Source: an archaeon
GTDB lineage: Archaea; Nanobdellota; Nanobdellia; Woesearchaeales; GW2011-AR4
Assembly: GCA_002688925.1 (NCBI GenBank)
Contig: NZEC01000002.1
Span: forward strand, 6,242-63,991
Length of the DNA stretch: 57,750 bases
Reading direction: 5' to 3'
Both the position numbers and the translations under genes were made by a program. The notes below the pieces were generated by a model that had not been told where the DNA came from, searched no databases, and was given only the letters and a program-made list of their open reading frames with translations. Below are positions 18,671 through 28,982 of this stretch, one piece after another. How positions within the stretch are numbered: position 1 is the stretch's first letter; every line of letters begins with the position of its first letter.

Positions 18671-20569
18671 ATGATAGATATAATTAAAGAAATCCTTAAA
18701 CAATTACCCTCAGATAAGATAAGCGAGGCTAATTTCGAAGGCGCAAATATTGTGCTTTACACAAAAGACAAGGACTTCTTTCTGAACAATAACGGGATCA
18801 TAAAAAAGGTAGTTGACAGCATAAAGAAAAGAGTGGAATTAAGGCCTGACCCAAGCATAACTTTGGATATGGAAGAGGCAGAAAAAGAGATAAAAAAGAT
18901 AATACCTGAAGAAGCAGGCGTCGATCAAGTTATTTTTGATCCGCAAAGAAGCCGTGTAATTATAGAGGCTGAAAAGCCAGGGCTTGCTATAGGAAAGCAG
19001 GGATCCATTTTAAGGGATATAAGAAGCAAGACATTATTTGTTCCGTTAATAAACAGAAAGCCGGCCATAAGGTCAAAATTAATAGAAACTATAAGGGCAG
19101 TTTTATACCAGAACAGCGATTACAGGAGAAAGTTCCTGGATAAAATAGGCCATAGGATCTATGACGGCTGGATAAGGGAAAAAAAGAACGAATGGATAAG
19201 GATGAGTTACCTTGGAAGCGGCAGGCAGGGTGGAAGAAGCTGCTTATTCCTGCAGACTCCTGAGAGCAGAGTTTTATTGGACTGCGGCGTTGACGTAGCT
19301 TCTGATCAGAATCCATATCCTTATCTTGAAGCGCCAGAGTTCAACATAAACGACCTGGATGCCGTAATTGTAAGCCATGCTCACATTGACCATTCTGGTT
19401 TTGTGCCTTATCTGTTCAAATACGGTTATAGGGGTCCGGTATATTGCACAGCTCCAACAAGGGATGTTATGTCATTGATGCTTTTGGATTTTGTAAAGAT
19501 ACAGCGCTCTGATAGCAATGGCAAAGAGCCTCTTTTTTCAACAGATGACATCAAGGAGATGGTAAAGCATACTATTACTTTAGAGTATAATGAAGTAAGT
19601 GATATAACTCCTGACGTAAGAATTACTTTGTATAATGCCGGCCATATATTAGGAAGCTCTATGGTGCACATGCATGTCGGCAACGGCCTGCATAATATAT
19701 TATATTCAGGAGACCACAAGTATGGAAGAACCATGCTTCTTGATCCTGCTGTTACAGTATTCCCAAGATTAGAGACTTTACTTTTAGAGTCAACTTACGG
19801 GGGTAAAGACAGCAATACTCCTGAAAGGCAAAGCAGTGATGAGGAACTTAAAAGAATTGTGCAGGAAACAGTAAAAAGAAAAGGAAAAGTATTAATTCCG
19901 ACTTTAGGAGTCGGAAGAAGCCAGGAAATCATGGTTGTCATAGAGAACATGGTTAGAAACGGCACTTTAGAAAATATACCTGTTTACATCGATGGATTGA
20001 TTTGGGACGTTACTGCAATTCATACTGCATATCCCGAATACTTAAACAGCTCCATAAGGAAGCAGATTTTTCACAAAGACCAAAATCCATTCCTGTCTGA
20101 TATATTCAAAAGGGTTGGAAGTCAAAAAGAAAGGATGCAGGTTATCGAAGAAACAGGATCTTGCGTGATATTAGCTACATCAGGCATGTTGCAGGGAGGC
20201 CCTTCTGTTGAATATCTAAGGCATCTTGCTGATAATCCAAAAAACTCAATGATATTTGTAAATTACCAGGGAGAAGGAAGTCTAGGAAGGCGCGTCCAGA
20301 GAGGAGAAAAAGAATACAGTGTAACTAATGGCAGCAAAAGCGAAGTTGTACAGATAAAGCTGGAAGTGCACACTGTAGAAGGATTTTCCGGACACAGCAG
20401 CAGGAATCAATTATTAAATTTTGTCTCAAAATGTGAACCAAGGCCAAAAAAAGTAATCATAAACCACGGAGAGAGTTCTAAATGCTTGGATTTAGCAAGC
20501 ACCATGCACAAGAACTTCAGGATTGAAACAAGTGCTCCGAGGAATCTTGAGAGTGTTAGGATAAAATAA
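18671..20569 (+). CDS. fttA: aCPSF1/FttA beta-CASP ribonuclease (transcription termination factor)
   Basis: N-terminal KH (KPGLAIGKQG), SHAHIDH, AGHILGS, GFSGH, NHGE; conserved position after psmB. Confidence 0.97.
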   Translation: MIDIIKEILKQLPSDKISEANFEGANIVLYTKDKDFFLNNNGIIKKVVDSIKKRVELRPDPSITLDMEEAEKEIKKIIPEEAGVDQVIFDPQRSRVIIEAEKPGLAIGKQGSILRDIRSKTLFVPLINRKPAIRSKLIETIRAVLYQNSDYRRKFLDKIGHRIYDGWIREKKNEWIRMSYLGSGRQGGRSCLFLQTPESRVLLDCGVDVASDQNPYPYLEAPEFNINDLDAVIVSHAHIDHSGFVPYLFKYGYRGPVYCTAPTRDVMSLMLLDFVKIQRSDSNGKEPLFSTDDIKEMVKHTITLEYNEVSDITPDVRITLYNAGHILGSSMVHMHVGNGLHNILYSGDHKYGRTMLLDPAVTVFPRLETLLLESTYGGKDSNTPERQSSDEELKRIVQETVKRKGKVLIPTLGVGRSQEIMVVIENMVRNGTLENIPVYIDGLIWDVTAIHTAYPEYLNSSIRKQIFHKDQNPFLSDIFKRVGSQKERMQVIEETGSCVILATSGMLQGGPSVEYLRHLADNPKNSMIFVNYQGEGSLGRRVQRGEKEYSVTNGSKSEVVQIKLEVHTVEGFSGHSSRNQLLNFVSKCEPRPKKVIINHGESSKCLDLASTMHKNFRIETSAPRNLESVRIK

Positions 20570-20735
20570 AATATATGTTGTAAACTCTATATTAAAATAT
20601 ATATTTTCTAATAACTATTAATAGATAATTTAAGATAACGGATTTTATTTCTCTGGGCTAATTTATTAATTGTATTCTGTTTTATGATTCTTGCGAATTA
20701 ACACTAATGCCCTTCTTTTTCCAGAAACAGCAACA

Positions 20736-20764
20736 TTTAAATATAAGTTAGGTTTACCGAACTT
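20736..20764 (+). promoter_or_regulatory. TATA box plus DtxR-type palindromic operator upstream of the feo operon
   Basis: tttaaata at 20736-20743, then imperfect palindrome aagttaggtttaccgaactt (20745-20764) resembling a DtxR/IdeR box, directly before the regulator ATG. Confidence 0.65.
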
Positions 20765-20766
20765 TT

Positions 20767-21183
20767 ATGATTAAAAAAACTACAGAAGATTATCTTAGAG
20801 CAATATATCATATTCAGGAAGAAAATCCTGGCAAAAAAGGAGTAAGCTCTATTGGCATATCTGATTATCTTAAAATATCTAAATCAAGCGTGTCGGAAAT
20901 GTTAAGAAAACTAATGAAAAAAGGCCTTATTCAGCATACAGCCTATGGAAAAATAAGGCTAACAGCAAAAGGGAAAAAAGAGTCAATTACTCTTACACGA
21001 AAACATAGAATAATTGAGATTTTTCTTTCTGAGACATTAAACTTAAACCAAAAGTTAATTCACGAAGAGGCGCATAAGCTCGAACATGCATTCTCTAATG
21101 AATCCATTATTAAAATAAAATCATTATTAAAAAATCCTAAATTTTGTCCGCATGGAAAGCCTGTTCCAAAACTAACTAAATAA
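20767..21183 (+). CDS. DtxR/MntR-family metal-dependent regulator
   Basis: EDYLRAIY, SVSEMLRKL, RKHRIIEIFL, EAHKLEH, CPHGKP. Confidence 0.95.
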   Translation: MIKKTTEDYLRAIYHIQEENPGKKGVSSIGISDYLKISKSSVSEMLRKLMKKGLIQHTAYGKIRLTAKGKKESITLTRKHRIIEIFLSETLNLNQKLIHEEAHKLEHAFSNESIIKIKSLLKNPKFCPHGKPVPKLTK

Positions 21184-21198
21184 TTTATGAAATAAAAT

Positions 21199-23199
21199 AT
21201 GAAACTTAGAGTTAAGAATAAGGAAAAAAAATCTCAAAGCTGTCACAACTCTTTGAATGAAAATATTGAAGGCCTTAAAAAGATTGTTTTAGTTGGAAAT
21301 CCTAATGTTGGAAAAAGTGCGCTTTTCAATAGGCTTAGCAAGGCATACGTTACTGTTTCTAATTATCCTGGCACAACCGTAACTATTGATATTAGCAAAG
21401 CAATTATTCAAGGCAAAAAGTACGGAATAATGGATACTCCCGGAATATACTCTTTAACACCAATAACAGAAGAAGAAAGAGTTGCTAGAAATGTGCTATT
21501 AGAACAAAAGCCAGAAGTAGTGCTTCATGTTGTAGATGCAAAGAATATTGAGAGAATGCTTCATCTGACTATCGAGCTTATAGAAGCAAAACTGCCTGTT
21601 ATTTTAGTTTTAAATATAATGGATGAATCAGAGGAAAAAGGCCTAAGAATAGATATAGAAGAATTAGAAAAAATACTTAATATTCCTGTTGTAGGAACAG
21701 TTTCAACAACAGGTAAAGGAATTAATGTTCTTAAAAAAAGAATAATTGAGTTCAAGAGGAAGAAAATAAAAAAAACAGAATACAATCCAATCCTGGAAGA
21801 TTCAACTAAAGCTATTTTAAAAAATCTAAAAGAAACATATCCTATTTCGAAAAAAGCTATTTCTTTATTATTACTGCAAGGGGATAAGGATATTGAAAAG
21901 TTAGTTAAGAATAAAGAGCCAGATTTCAAAATAATAAAAAAAATAATTGATGAAACAAAAGAAAAACACAATAGGCCGTTAAAGTATCTAATGACGATTG
22001 ATAGGCAAGACAAAATAAAGAATATTGTTAATAAGACTGTAATTCAGGATAAGAAAATTAAGCTTAATTTCAGAGAAAAGCTAAGCAGATTAATGATGAA
22101 CCCATTGACAGGCATCCCTATTTTTTTGGCTGTTATATATTTTGGGCTTTACCAGTTTGTAGGTGTTTTTGGAGCTGGAACATTAGTTGATTTTCTTGAA
22201 TCAAGTGTTTTTGAAGCCCATATAAATCCCTACATTGATAATTTTCTTACAACCTATGTGCCTTGGGTATGGCTGCAGAATTTAATTGGGATGGATTACG
22301 GAATTATCACTTTAGGTCTAAGATATGCAATAGCTATAATTTTTCCAATTGTAGCAACATTCTTCATTGTTTTCTCAATTATTGAAGATACTGGCTATTT
22401 GCCAAGATTAGCTATGCTAATAGATAGGATATTTAAGAAAATAGGTCTTAATGGCAGGGCCGTTATCCCAATGGTTTTAGGTTTTGGCTGTGACACAATG
22501 GCAACAATTGTAACAAGAACACAAGAAACAAAAAAAGAAAGAATCATTACTACTCTGCTGCTTGCTTTAGCTATTCCATGCTCTGCTCAATTAGGGGTAA
22601 TATTTGCAATATTAAGCGGCTACCCAAAGGCATTGATGGTGTGGATTTTTACAACGACAATGGTATTCCTGTTTATAGGATATCTAGCGTCAAAGATCAT
22701 TCCTGGAGAAAAACCGTATTTTTACATGGAAGTTCCTCCTTTAAGGACGCCTAAATTATCTAATGTATTAACAAAAACATATACAAGAATGGTATGGTAT
22801 TTTAAAGAAGTCTTGCCATTATTTATTCTAGCAAGTATCCTAATTTGGATAGGAAAGCTAACTGGCTTATTTGATCTTATTATTAGTGGATTAGAACCAA
22901 TAGTCAGATTTGTCGGTTTGCCTAATGAAACAGCTAGTACATTCTTATATGGCTTTTTTAGACGTGACTATGGTGTAGCAGGATTATACGATATTCAAAA
23001 TATATTAACAGGAGCTCAGTTAGTTGTTGCAGCAACAATACTCACTTTATTCCTGCCCTGCATTGCTCAACTTTCTATAATGATAAAAGAACGTGGCTTC
23101 AAAACAACAATAGCAATGGTTTTATTTATAGTTCCATTTGCATTTCTTGTTGGTTTTATTCTTAATTTAATATTAACTACTTTAGGTGTTCAACTATGA
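21199..23199 (+). CDS. feoB: Ferrous iron transporter FeoB
   Basis: GNPNVGKS, NYPGTT, DTPGIYS, EDTGYLPR, GFGC, IPCSAQ. Confidence 0.98.
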   Translation: MKLRVKNKEKKSQSCHNSLNENIEGLKKIVLVGNPNVGKSALFNRLSKAYVTVSNYPGTTVTIDISKAIIQGKKYGIMDTPGIYSLTPITEEERVARNVLLEQKPEVVLHVVDAKNIERMLHLTIELIEAKLPVILVLNIMDESEEKGLRIDIEELEKILNIPVVGTVSTTGKGINVLKKRIIEFKRKKIKKTEYNPILEDSTKAILKNLKETYPISKKAISLLLLQGDKDIEKLVKNKEPDFKIIKKIIDETKEKHNRPLKYLMTIDRQDKIKNIVNKTVIQDKKIKLNFREKLSRLMMNPLTGIPIFLAVIYFGLYQFVGVFGAGTLVDFLESSVFEAHINPYIDNFLTTYVPWVWLQNLIGMDYGIITLGLRYAIAIIFPIVATFFIVFSIIEDTGYLPRLAMLIDRIFKKIGLNGRAVIPMVLGFGCDTMATIVTRTQETKKERIITTLLLALAIPCSAQLGVIFAILSGYPKALMVWIFTTTMVFLFIGYLASKIIPGEKPYFYMEVPPLRTPKLSNVLTKTYTRMVWYFKEVLPLFILASILIWIGKLTGLFDLIISGLEPIVRFVGLPNETASTFLYGFFRRDYGVAGLYDIQNILTGAQLVVAATILTLFLPCIAQLSIMIKERGFKTTIAMVLFIVPFAFLVGFILNLILTTLGVQL

Positions 23200-23369
23200 A
23201 ATGCTCGTTTTGCGGTTATAAATTTAGTGAAAAAGATGCTAAAAAAGCCTGCCAGGGTTGTGTAATGAAGAATTGCAATATGATAAAATGCCCAAACTGC
23301 AACTATGAAAATCCTATAGATACTAAATTAATAAAAAATATCAAAAGGTGGATGAAAAAATGGAAATAA
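23196..23369 (+). CDS. Small Cys-rich feo-associated protein (57 aa, 7 Cys)
   Basis: MKCSFCGYKF...ACQGCVMKNCNMIKCPNCNYE...; ATGA overlap with feoB stop and overlap with next start; below the ORF-track cutoff. Confidence 0.85.
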   Translation: MKCSFCGYKFSEKDAKKACQGCVMKNCNMIKCPNCNYENPIDTKLIKNIKRWMKKWK

Positions 23370-23992
23370 CAAATGAAGAAGAGGAAATATTGGAAAGATT
23401 GTGGGAAACTTTGATTGAAAAAAAGAAAGCACCGAAAAAAATAGGAAGGAATGATTTATTAAATAAATTAAAAGAGTCAAAACATATAATTATTCCTAAA
23501 GATAAAATAAAATTAACAGAAAAAGGGTATGAAGCGGCTCAAAGTGTAATAAGAAGACACAGATTAGCAGAGAGATTATTTTATGATGTTTTAAATATCA
23601 GAAAAAGTAAAATTGAGAAGCCCTCTTGTGAATTTGAACATGTTTTATCTGGCGAAGTTGAAGAAAGCATATGCACTTTGCTTGGCCATCCCAAGGAATG
23701 CCCGCATGGAAACCAAATCCCGTCAGGAAAATGCTGCAGTAGTAATTCAGAGATTATAAATAAAATTGTTTCTTCGCTTTCTGAACTGAAAAAAGGACAG
23801 TCTGGAAAAATAGCATATATTCTTACACAAAACCATAAAAAACTTCAGAAATTGATGGCTCTTGGTGTATTGCCCGGCAAACCTATCAAGCTCATACAAA
23901 ATTTTCCTTCCTATGTTTTTCAGATTCAACATACACAGATAGTAATAGATAAGGATATGGCAGAAGATATTTATATAAAGATAAGAAAATAA
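23360..23992 (+). CDS. DtxR-like regulator fused to FeoA (SH3) domain
   Basis: RRHRLAERL, CEFEH, CPHG, then LSELKKGQ...KLMALGVLPG; ATG at 23360 preferred over GTG at 23348. Confidence 0.92.
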   Translation: MEITNEEEEILERLWETLIEKKKAPKKIGRNDLLNKLKESKHIIIPKDKIKLTEKGYEAAQSVIRRHRLAERLFYDVLNIRKSKIEKPSCEFEHVLSGEVEESICTLLGHPKECPHGNQIPSGKCCSSNSEIINKIVSSLSELKKGQSGKIAYILTQNHKKLQKLMALGVLPGKPIKLIQNFPSYVFQIQHTQIVIDKDMAEDIYIKIRK

Positions 23993-24178
23993 GGATATAT
24001 CCGGTCCGCATAAGCGGGAAATTTATTTAAAAAGCATTGTTTGAAGGAGAAAGCACTATTTCTTTAGAGAAAGTTGTTGCTATGGATTAAAGTAAGCCCA
24101 TATAACTTAAATATGTCACATCTTTAGAGTAGTAATAAATAGAAAGATTTATATACTAGTTCTGCCCATATATTCACT

Positions 24179-24856
24179 ATGAAACTATTCAAGCTGGGGG
24201 TGGTACTAGTTTTTATTATAGTCACAGCTATAGCTTCTTTTGCTTCAATCAACAAAGAAATTTCATATGAAGTAATGTCATTTGAGAGCTTGAATACCTT
24301 TAAAGAAGAGGTTTGTGTTGATAATACTGGCGATATCACTTGCACAGAAAATACATATATCGAACAGGACGGCCAAAAGCAAGATGTTCCTATTCTGACA
24401 GCCTACACAATCTATGAAAAGATTTTTGTGCCGGAATATATTGAAAAAGAAAAGATAGTTATAAAGGAAAAAAAGCTGACAGGAGAAGAAATGCCATCTC
24501 CCTTAGATAGGATTGAGGAATCTGATGTCAGAATCTATAGCAATAGAGTCACAATAAGCATCAAAAACCCTAACTGGAGAAAATACATTGACAGCAATTC
24601 GATGGACCCTTTGATAGATGAGGGCACAACAACTATTGAGATAAAGCCTAAAAACGCAGATGAGATAAAAGTAGGAGACATTATAGCTTACGATGTAGAA
24701 GGCTATGACTATGCATTTGTGCACAGGGTCATTAAAAAAGGCACTGACCAAAAAGGAAGCTATTTCATAACAAAAGGGGATAATTACCATAAAGAAGATC
24801 CGAATAAAGTAAGACTTTCAGATATTGAAGGTATTGTTGTTGGGATACTTTACTAA
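24179..24856 (+). CDS. S26-family signal peptidase-like protein
   Basis: SNSMDP, VGDII, FVHRVI, TKGDN; N-terminal TM. Confidence 0.8.
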   Translation: MKLFKLGVVLVFIIVTAIASFASINKEISYEVMSFESLNTFKEEVCVDNTGDITCTENTYIEQDGQKQDVPILTAYTIYEKIFVPEYIEKEKIVIKEKKLTGEEMPSPLDRIEESDVRIYSNRVTISIKNPNWRKYIDSNSMDPLIDEGTTTIEIKPKNADEIKVGDIIAYDVEGYDYAFVHRVIKKGTDQKGSYFITKGDNYHKEDPNKVRLSDIEGIVVGILY

Positions 24857-24934
24857 CCCATTTAATTATATTATTTCAAATAAACAACAAGATTTTTAAA
24901 ATATAAAATAAAAATTAATGGTGGTGATGAATAA

Positions 24935-25213
24935 ATGACAGAAAGAACAGAAGCATTATTAAGGATTTTAATAGGAATAATTTCCGGATTAATACTAGGA
25001 ATTTGGAAGGTTGTTGTGCAGGTTGTTGTAATACTGCACTGGTTTTACACAATAATAACCGGAAAAAGAAGCAAAGCACTTGCAGATTTTTCTAATATGT
25101 GGATAACTTATGTCTATAATTTTTTGAGGTATATGACCTTTGCAACAAACAAAAGGCCATTCCCTTTCAATGACTTTGGAAAGGATATAGAGAAAGTTGA
25201 TATGAAGAAATAG
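24935..25213 (+). CDS. DUF4389-like membrane protein
   Basis: WFYTIITGKR...Y...YMTFATNKRPFPF. Confidence 0.8.
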   Translation: MTERTEALLRILIGIISGLILGIWKVVVQVVVILHWFYTIITGKRSKALADFSNMWITYVYNFLRYMTFATNKRPFPFNDFGKDIEKVDMKK

Positions 25214-25231
25214 ATTTTTATTATTTTTTTA

Positions 25232-25522
25232 TTAAATCTGTATTTCAAGTTTTTTATATTTAGCAGTTATACTATTTAATACATCATGATATTTCATAAG
25301 ACAGGATGTTGTCTCACTAAAATTTCCAATTCTTCCAAATTTTTCTTCAAATTCTTGGGTGTGTTTTTCGACCAGTTTACCCAGATGCCCACTTCGTCCG
25401 CCCGAGAAGAACTTTAAATTTTCGTTTTGAGGTTCAACTGTGTTTGCTAGCAGATATTTTTCTGTCATTTCTCTTAATGCAACATAAAAATTCAATTTAT
25501 GCATTGATATTACATCTCCCAT
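25232..25522 (-). CDS. Hypothetical protein
   Basis: ORF with ATG at 25522 and TATA-like sequence upstream; no recognisable motif. Confidence 0.5.
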   Translation of the reverse strand: MGDVISMHKLNFYVALREMTEKYLLANTVEPQNENLKFFSGGRSGHLGKLVEKHTQEFEEKFGRIGNFSETTSCLMKYHDVLNSITAKYKKLEIQI

Positions 25523-25608
25523 GTTTAGAGGCAAGAAAGACTTATATATAAAATTTCCTATGAAATGATTAGTGAGAAAAGGAATAGTAAAGCTGTGGTT
25601 GGGATTTG

Positions 25609-26247
25609 TTAAACAAACCTTTTCAAACCCATCTCCTGACCTTTTTCTTTCTCAATACCCCTTTGCATATCTTTGACTTCTTTATACTCTTTGACCATCT
25701 CCAGGAAATATTCATGCACTCTTGTGTCATTAGTCAATTCCGGATGGAAAGTTGTCAGTAAAATATTGTCCTGCTTTACCATTACCGGGCAGTTTCTGTG
25801 CTCTGCCAGGATTTCAGCTCCATTAAAGAAAGATTTGATTACCGGAGCCCTGATAAAAATCCCCTTAAAATCCCCAATATCCTTAATGCTTAAATCTGCC
25901 TCAAAGCTGTTTATTTGCCTTCCGTACTCATTCCTTTTTATGCTTATATCCATTAAATCTAGTTTAATCTGCCTGTTGTCTAAAATTTCTTTTGCAAGCA
26001 GAATTGCTCCTGCACAGCTTCCATAAATCGGCATTCCCTGCTTATGCTTTTCCTTAATTGCTTTGTCAAGCCTGTATTTTTTCATTAATGCGCCGATAGT
26101 TGTGCTTTCTCCACCAGGAATTATTAATGCATCAATATCTTCCATGTCTTCCGGGAATTTTACCTTTACTGGGTTTGCTTCCAGCTTCTTTATTATATTA
26201 GAATGCTCTCTTATGCTGCCCTGCAATGCCAATATTCCTATTTTCAT
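25609..26247 (-). CDS. pdxT: PLP synthase glutaminase subunit
   Basis: LALQG, PGGEST, GSCAG, RNEYGRQ, FIRAP, FHPEL. Confidence 0.97.
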   Translation of the reverse strand: MKIGILALQGSIREHSNIIKKLEANPVKVKFPEDMEDIDALIIPGGESTTIGALMKKYRLDKAIKEKHKQGMPIYGSCAGAILLAKEILDNRQIKLDLMDISIKRNEYGRQINSFEADLSIKDIGDFKGIFIRAPVIKSFFNGAEILAEHRNCPVMVKQDNILLTTFHPELTNDTRVHEYFLEMVKEYKEVKDMQRGIEKEKGQEMGLKRFV

Positions 26248-27138
26248 TTAAGCGCTTCTCTCCTGCATCTTTAACTCAATCTTATCCATCTCAAGACCTT
26301 TCATTGCATCTCCCAATCCTTGCGAGACTTTTGCAACTATCTCCGGCTTGTCATAGTGCGTAGTAGCTTCAACTACAGCCTTTGCTGTCTTAGCAGGATT
26401 TTTGGATTTAAAGATTCCAGAGCCTACAAATATTCCATCTGATCCAAGCAACATCATCAAGGCTGCATCAGCAGGAGTTGCAACGCCGCCGGCTGCAAAA
26501 TTTACTACAGGAAGCCTTTGCAATTTTCTTGTTGCCTCAACTAAAGAATATGGAACTTTCATCTTTATTGCTTCTTTATTCAGCTCCCTGTTAGACATTT
26601 TCTTTAAAGACAAAATCTCTTCATTAATAAGATTGATATGCTTTACAGCCTCAATTATATTCCCAGTTCCTGGCTCTCCTTTAGTCCTGATCATTGCAGC
26701 GCCTTCATTGATTCTTCTTAAAGCCTCTCCAAGATTTTTTGCGCCGCAGACAAAAGGAACCTTAAACTTATTCTTGTCAATATGGCTGCTTGATGCAGGC
26801 GTTAGCACTTCACTTTCATCAATATAATCCACTCCAAGCGATTGAATAATTTGCGCTTCTGCCAAATGGCCAATTCTGACTTTTGCCATAACCGGAATAG
26901 TAACAGAATTCATTATTTCCTTTACTTTTTTAGGGTCAGCCATCCTGGCAACACTACCCTCCTTTCTTATATCTGCAGGAACCCTTTCCAGAGCCATAAC
27001 TGCAACTGCCCCTGCTTTCTCAGCTATTTTTGCCTGTTCAGCAGAAACAACATCCATGATAACTCCGCCTTTCAGCATCTCTGCAAGGCCTTTTTTCAGC
27101 TTAAAAGTCCCGGTTTTCCCATTAGATTCTATTTCCAT
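26248..27138 (-). CDS. pdxS: PLP synthase lyase subunit
   Basis: [40 protein letters not shown]. Confidence 0.98.
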   Translation of the reverse strand: MEIESNGKTGTFKLKKGLAEMLKGGVIMDVVSAEQAKIAEKAGAVAVMALERVPADIRKEGSVARMADPKKVKEIMNSVTIPVMAKVRIGHLAEAQIIQSLGVDYIDESEVLTPASSSHIDKNKFKVPFVCGAKNLGEALRRINEGAAMIRTKGEPGTGNIIEAVKHINLINEEILSLKKMSNRELNKEAIKMKVPYSLVEATRKLQRLPVVNFAAGGVATPADAALMMLLGSDGIFVGSGIFKSKNPAKTAKAVVEATTHYDKPEIVAKVSQGLGDAMKGLEMDKIELKMQERSA

Positions 27139-27250
27139 ATATTACCTACCCCAAAATAAGAAATGCATATCAAATTAAAAAGGTTGCGAAAAAACTTTGT
27201 TTTTCAGCTGGTTTTGATTTATTAATTCTATCTCTAATTATTTTAACCTG

Positions 27251-27916
27251 TCACTTTCTCTTGCAGATAAACATAACATGGTCCTTTTGGTAAGGCTCCA
27301 ATTCCCTAAAATCAATTATTGTTAATTCTCTTTGCAGTATTTCCCTGATTTCATTAAAAATCTGCTTTGGTTTTCTTGTCACGTCAATGCTCCTGGCCTT
27401 TACCGCAATAATGGCATAGCCGTCCTTTTTCATGAATGTATTTACACTGTTTAAGAAAATATCAACCTGGTTTTTCTGCGCAATATCTTGATATATAACA
27501 TCAACCATGCTTACTTTTTCCCTTAATGCCTTAAAATTATTCCCATCAGCAAGCACCGGAGCAACATTCTTCCTTGCCTCAAGGTTAAAAACTAAATCTC
27601 TCATCACTCTTGGAGCAATATCAACAGCAAAAACAAATCCTTCTTTTCCTACAATATCAGATACATGGCTTACTGTAGTTCCTGTAGAGCTCCCAAGATA
27701 CAAAACTACATCATTTTTCCTCAAAAAAATATTAGGGCACTTATTCAGTATTGCAGCAGCCAGCTTGCTGCTGTAAGCATTCCATTCCCTATACTCAATA
27801 TTATTCTGCCTTGACAGGCTTTCATCATAAACGCTCTTTCCAGGAATAAGATTTACAGTGTATAATTTATTCATCCTGCCTTCATAAACCTCAAACACTT
27901 TTGATTTTTTTATCAT
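27251..27916 (-). CDS. flpA: Fibrillarin-like 2'-O-methyltransferase
   Basis: EYREWN..SKLAAA, VLYLGSSTGTTVSHVSD, YQDIAQ, KARSID. Confidence 0.97.
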   Translation of the reverse strand: MIKKSKVFEVYEGRMNKLYTVNLIPGKSVYDESLSRQNNIEYREWNAYSSKLAAAILNKCPNIFLRKNDVVLYLGSSTGTTVSHVSDIVGKEGFVFAVDIAPRVMRDLVFNLEARKNVAPVLADGNNFKALREKVSMVDVIYQDIAQKNQVDIFLNSVNTFMKKDGYAIIAVKARSIDVTRKPKQIFNEIREILQRELTIIDFRELEPYQKDHVMFICKRK

Positions 27917-27930
27917 TTTTCTTTGATTTT

Positions 27931-28887
27931 CTAATATTGAACCTTAAACTTACTAATTATCTCTTTTTTCAGTTTATCTCCGATAAACTTGCCCTTGAAA
28001 TAATCAACCTTAACTGCAATGCTTGCCTTATCTGCCAAGGTCCTTGCAGCCTTTCCAAGCATATCCTTTTTTGATTTTTGTATTAATTGATGCTCATGCA
28101 GCAAGCCGTACTTTGGAGACCTGTTCTTCTTATTCTTCAAATGCCTGAATAAAGCTTTTTCAGCTCCCAGAATCTGTATTGTGGAAGCAGGCATCTGGGC
28201 CAGTTTTTTTAGGCTTCCCACATGCTCTATTAATTTTGCAGCAATTCTGATTCCGACAACAGCAGCGAGATTAGGGCATGCCTCTTTTTCCAGTTCTGCA
28301 AGGTAGTTTGCATAATGATCCCTCAACTTATAGAAATTATTAACCTGTGCTGCAATCAGCATCATTGCGCTTACATCCTTATCCCTTAAATCAGCCCCCA
28401 TGCTGTCTTTTTCATCTAAATTTAATTCTTTTAACAGCTGTTTTTTTTGCTTTTTTATTATCAAAGAAACAAATTTTTCATGGTCCTTGGCCTTGTTTGA
28501 AATTTCAGGAGCATAAAGAGAATACCATTCCCTAAGCCTTTTCACATGCATATTAAGTGTCTTATCGATCTCCTCAATAGTGTTGATTGTCTGCATTATC
28601 AATGAATCAGTATTTACCGATTCCTTTACCAGAAATTTAGTCAATTCAAGATTTTTTTTATAGAACTGGGAAAAATATTTCCTGTTTTTGAAAGAATCCA
28701 GTATAATGCAAAGCTGATTATCATCAGGATTATTCACATCTCCATGTTTTTTTATCAGCTTCTCTTCATATATCTTTTTATTCTTATAATGCTCAATATC
28801 CTTGAACAATAACCCATCTGTTATCCTGTACTTTTCATTGAAGATAAAAGTCCCGATAATATTAGTGAAAATATAATTTTTTGGCAT
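27931..28887 (-). CDS. nop5: C/D-box RNP protein Nop5/Nop56 (start at MPKNY, 28887)
   Basis: RLREWY, PNL, PASTIQILGAEKALFRHL, PKYG; the track's longer N-terminus overlaps cutA. Confidence 0.94.
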   Translation of the reverse strand: MPKNYIFTNIIGTFIFNEKYRITDGLLFKDIEHYKNKKIYEEKLIKKHGDVNNPDDNQLCIILDSFKNRKYFSQFYKKNLELTKFLVKESVNTDSLIMQTINTIEEIDKTLNMHVKRLREWYSLYAPEISNKAKDHEKFVSLIIKKQKKQLLKELNLDEKDSMGADLRDKDVSAMMLIAAQVNNFYKLRDHYANYLAELEKEACPNLAAVVGIRIAAKLIEHVGSLKKLAQMPASTIQILGAEKALFRHLKNKKNRSPKYGLLHEHQLIQKSKKDMLGKAARTLADKASIAVKVDYFKGKFIGDKLKKEIISKFKVQY

Positions 28888-28982
28888 AATCCAAGAGAAC
28901 AATAGGTGGTTTTTAAATGTTTTTACCGAAATATTAATAAACAAGATTATCAGTTGAAGCATAAACATAAAATTATCCAAAA

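Noticed and set aside
19229-19231. aCPSF1 RQGGRS instead of the usual R(E/Q)VGRS
   Set aside because: Single T>G difference in a G-rich context; more likely a consensus error or neutral variant, and untestable without reads
24001-24020. Third copy of the dispersed repeat (tccgcataagc)
   Set aside because: Only 11 bp match; equally explained as a small ccgc-ataa-gcgg hairpin after the feo operon
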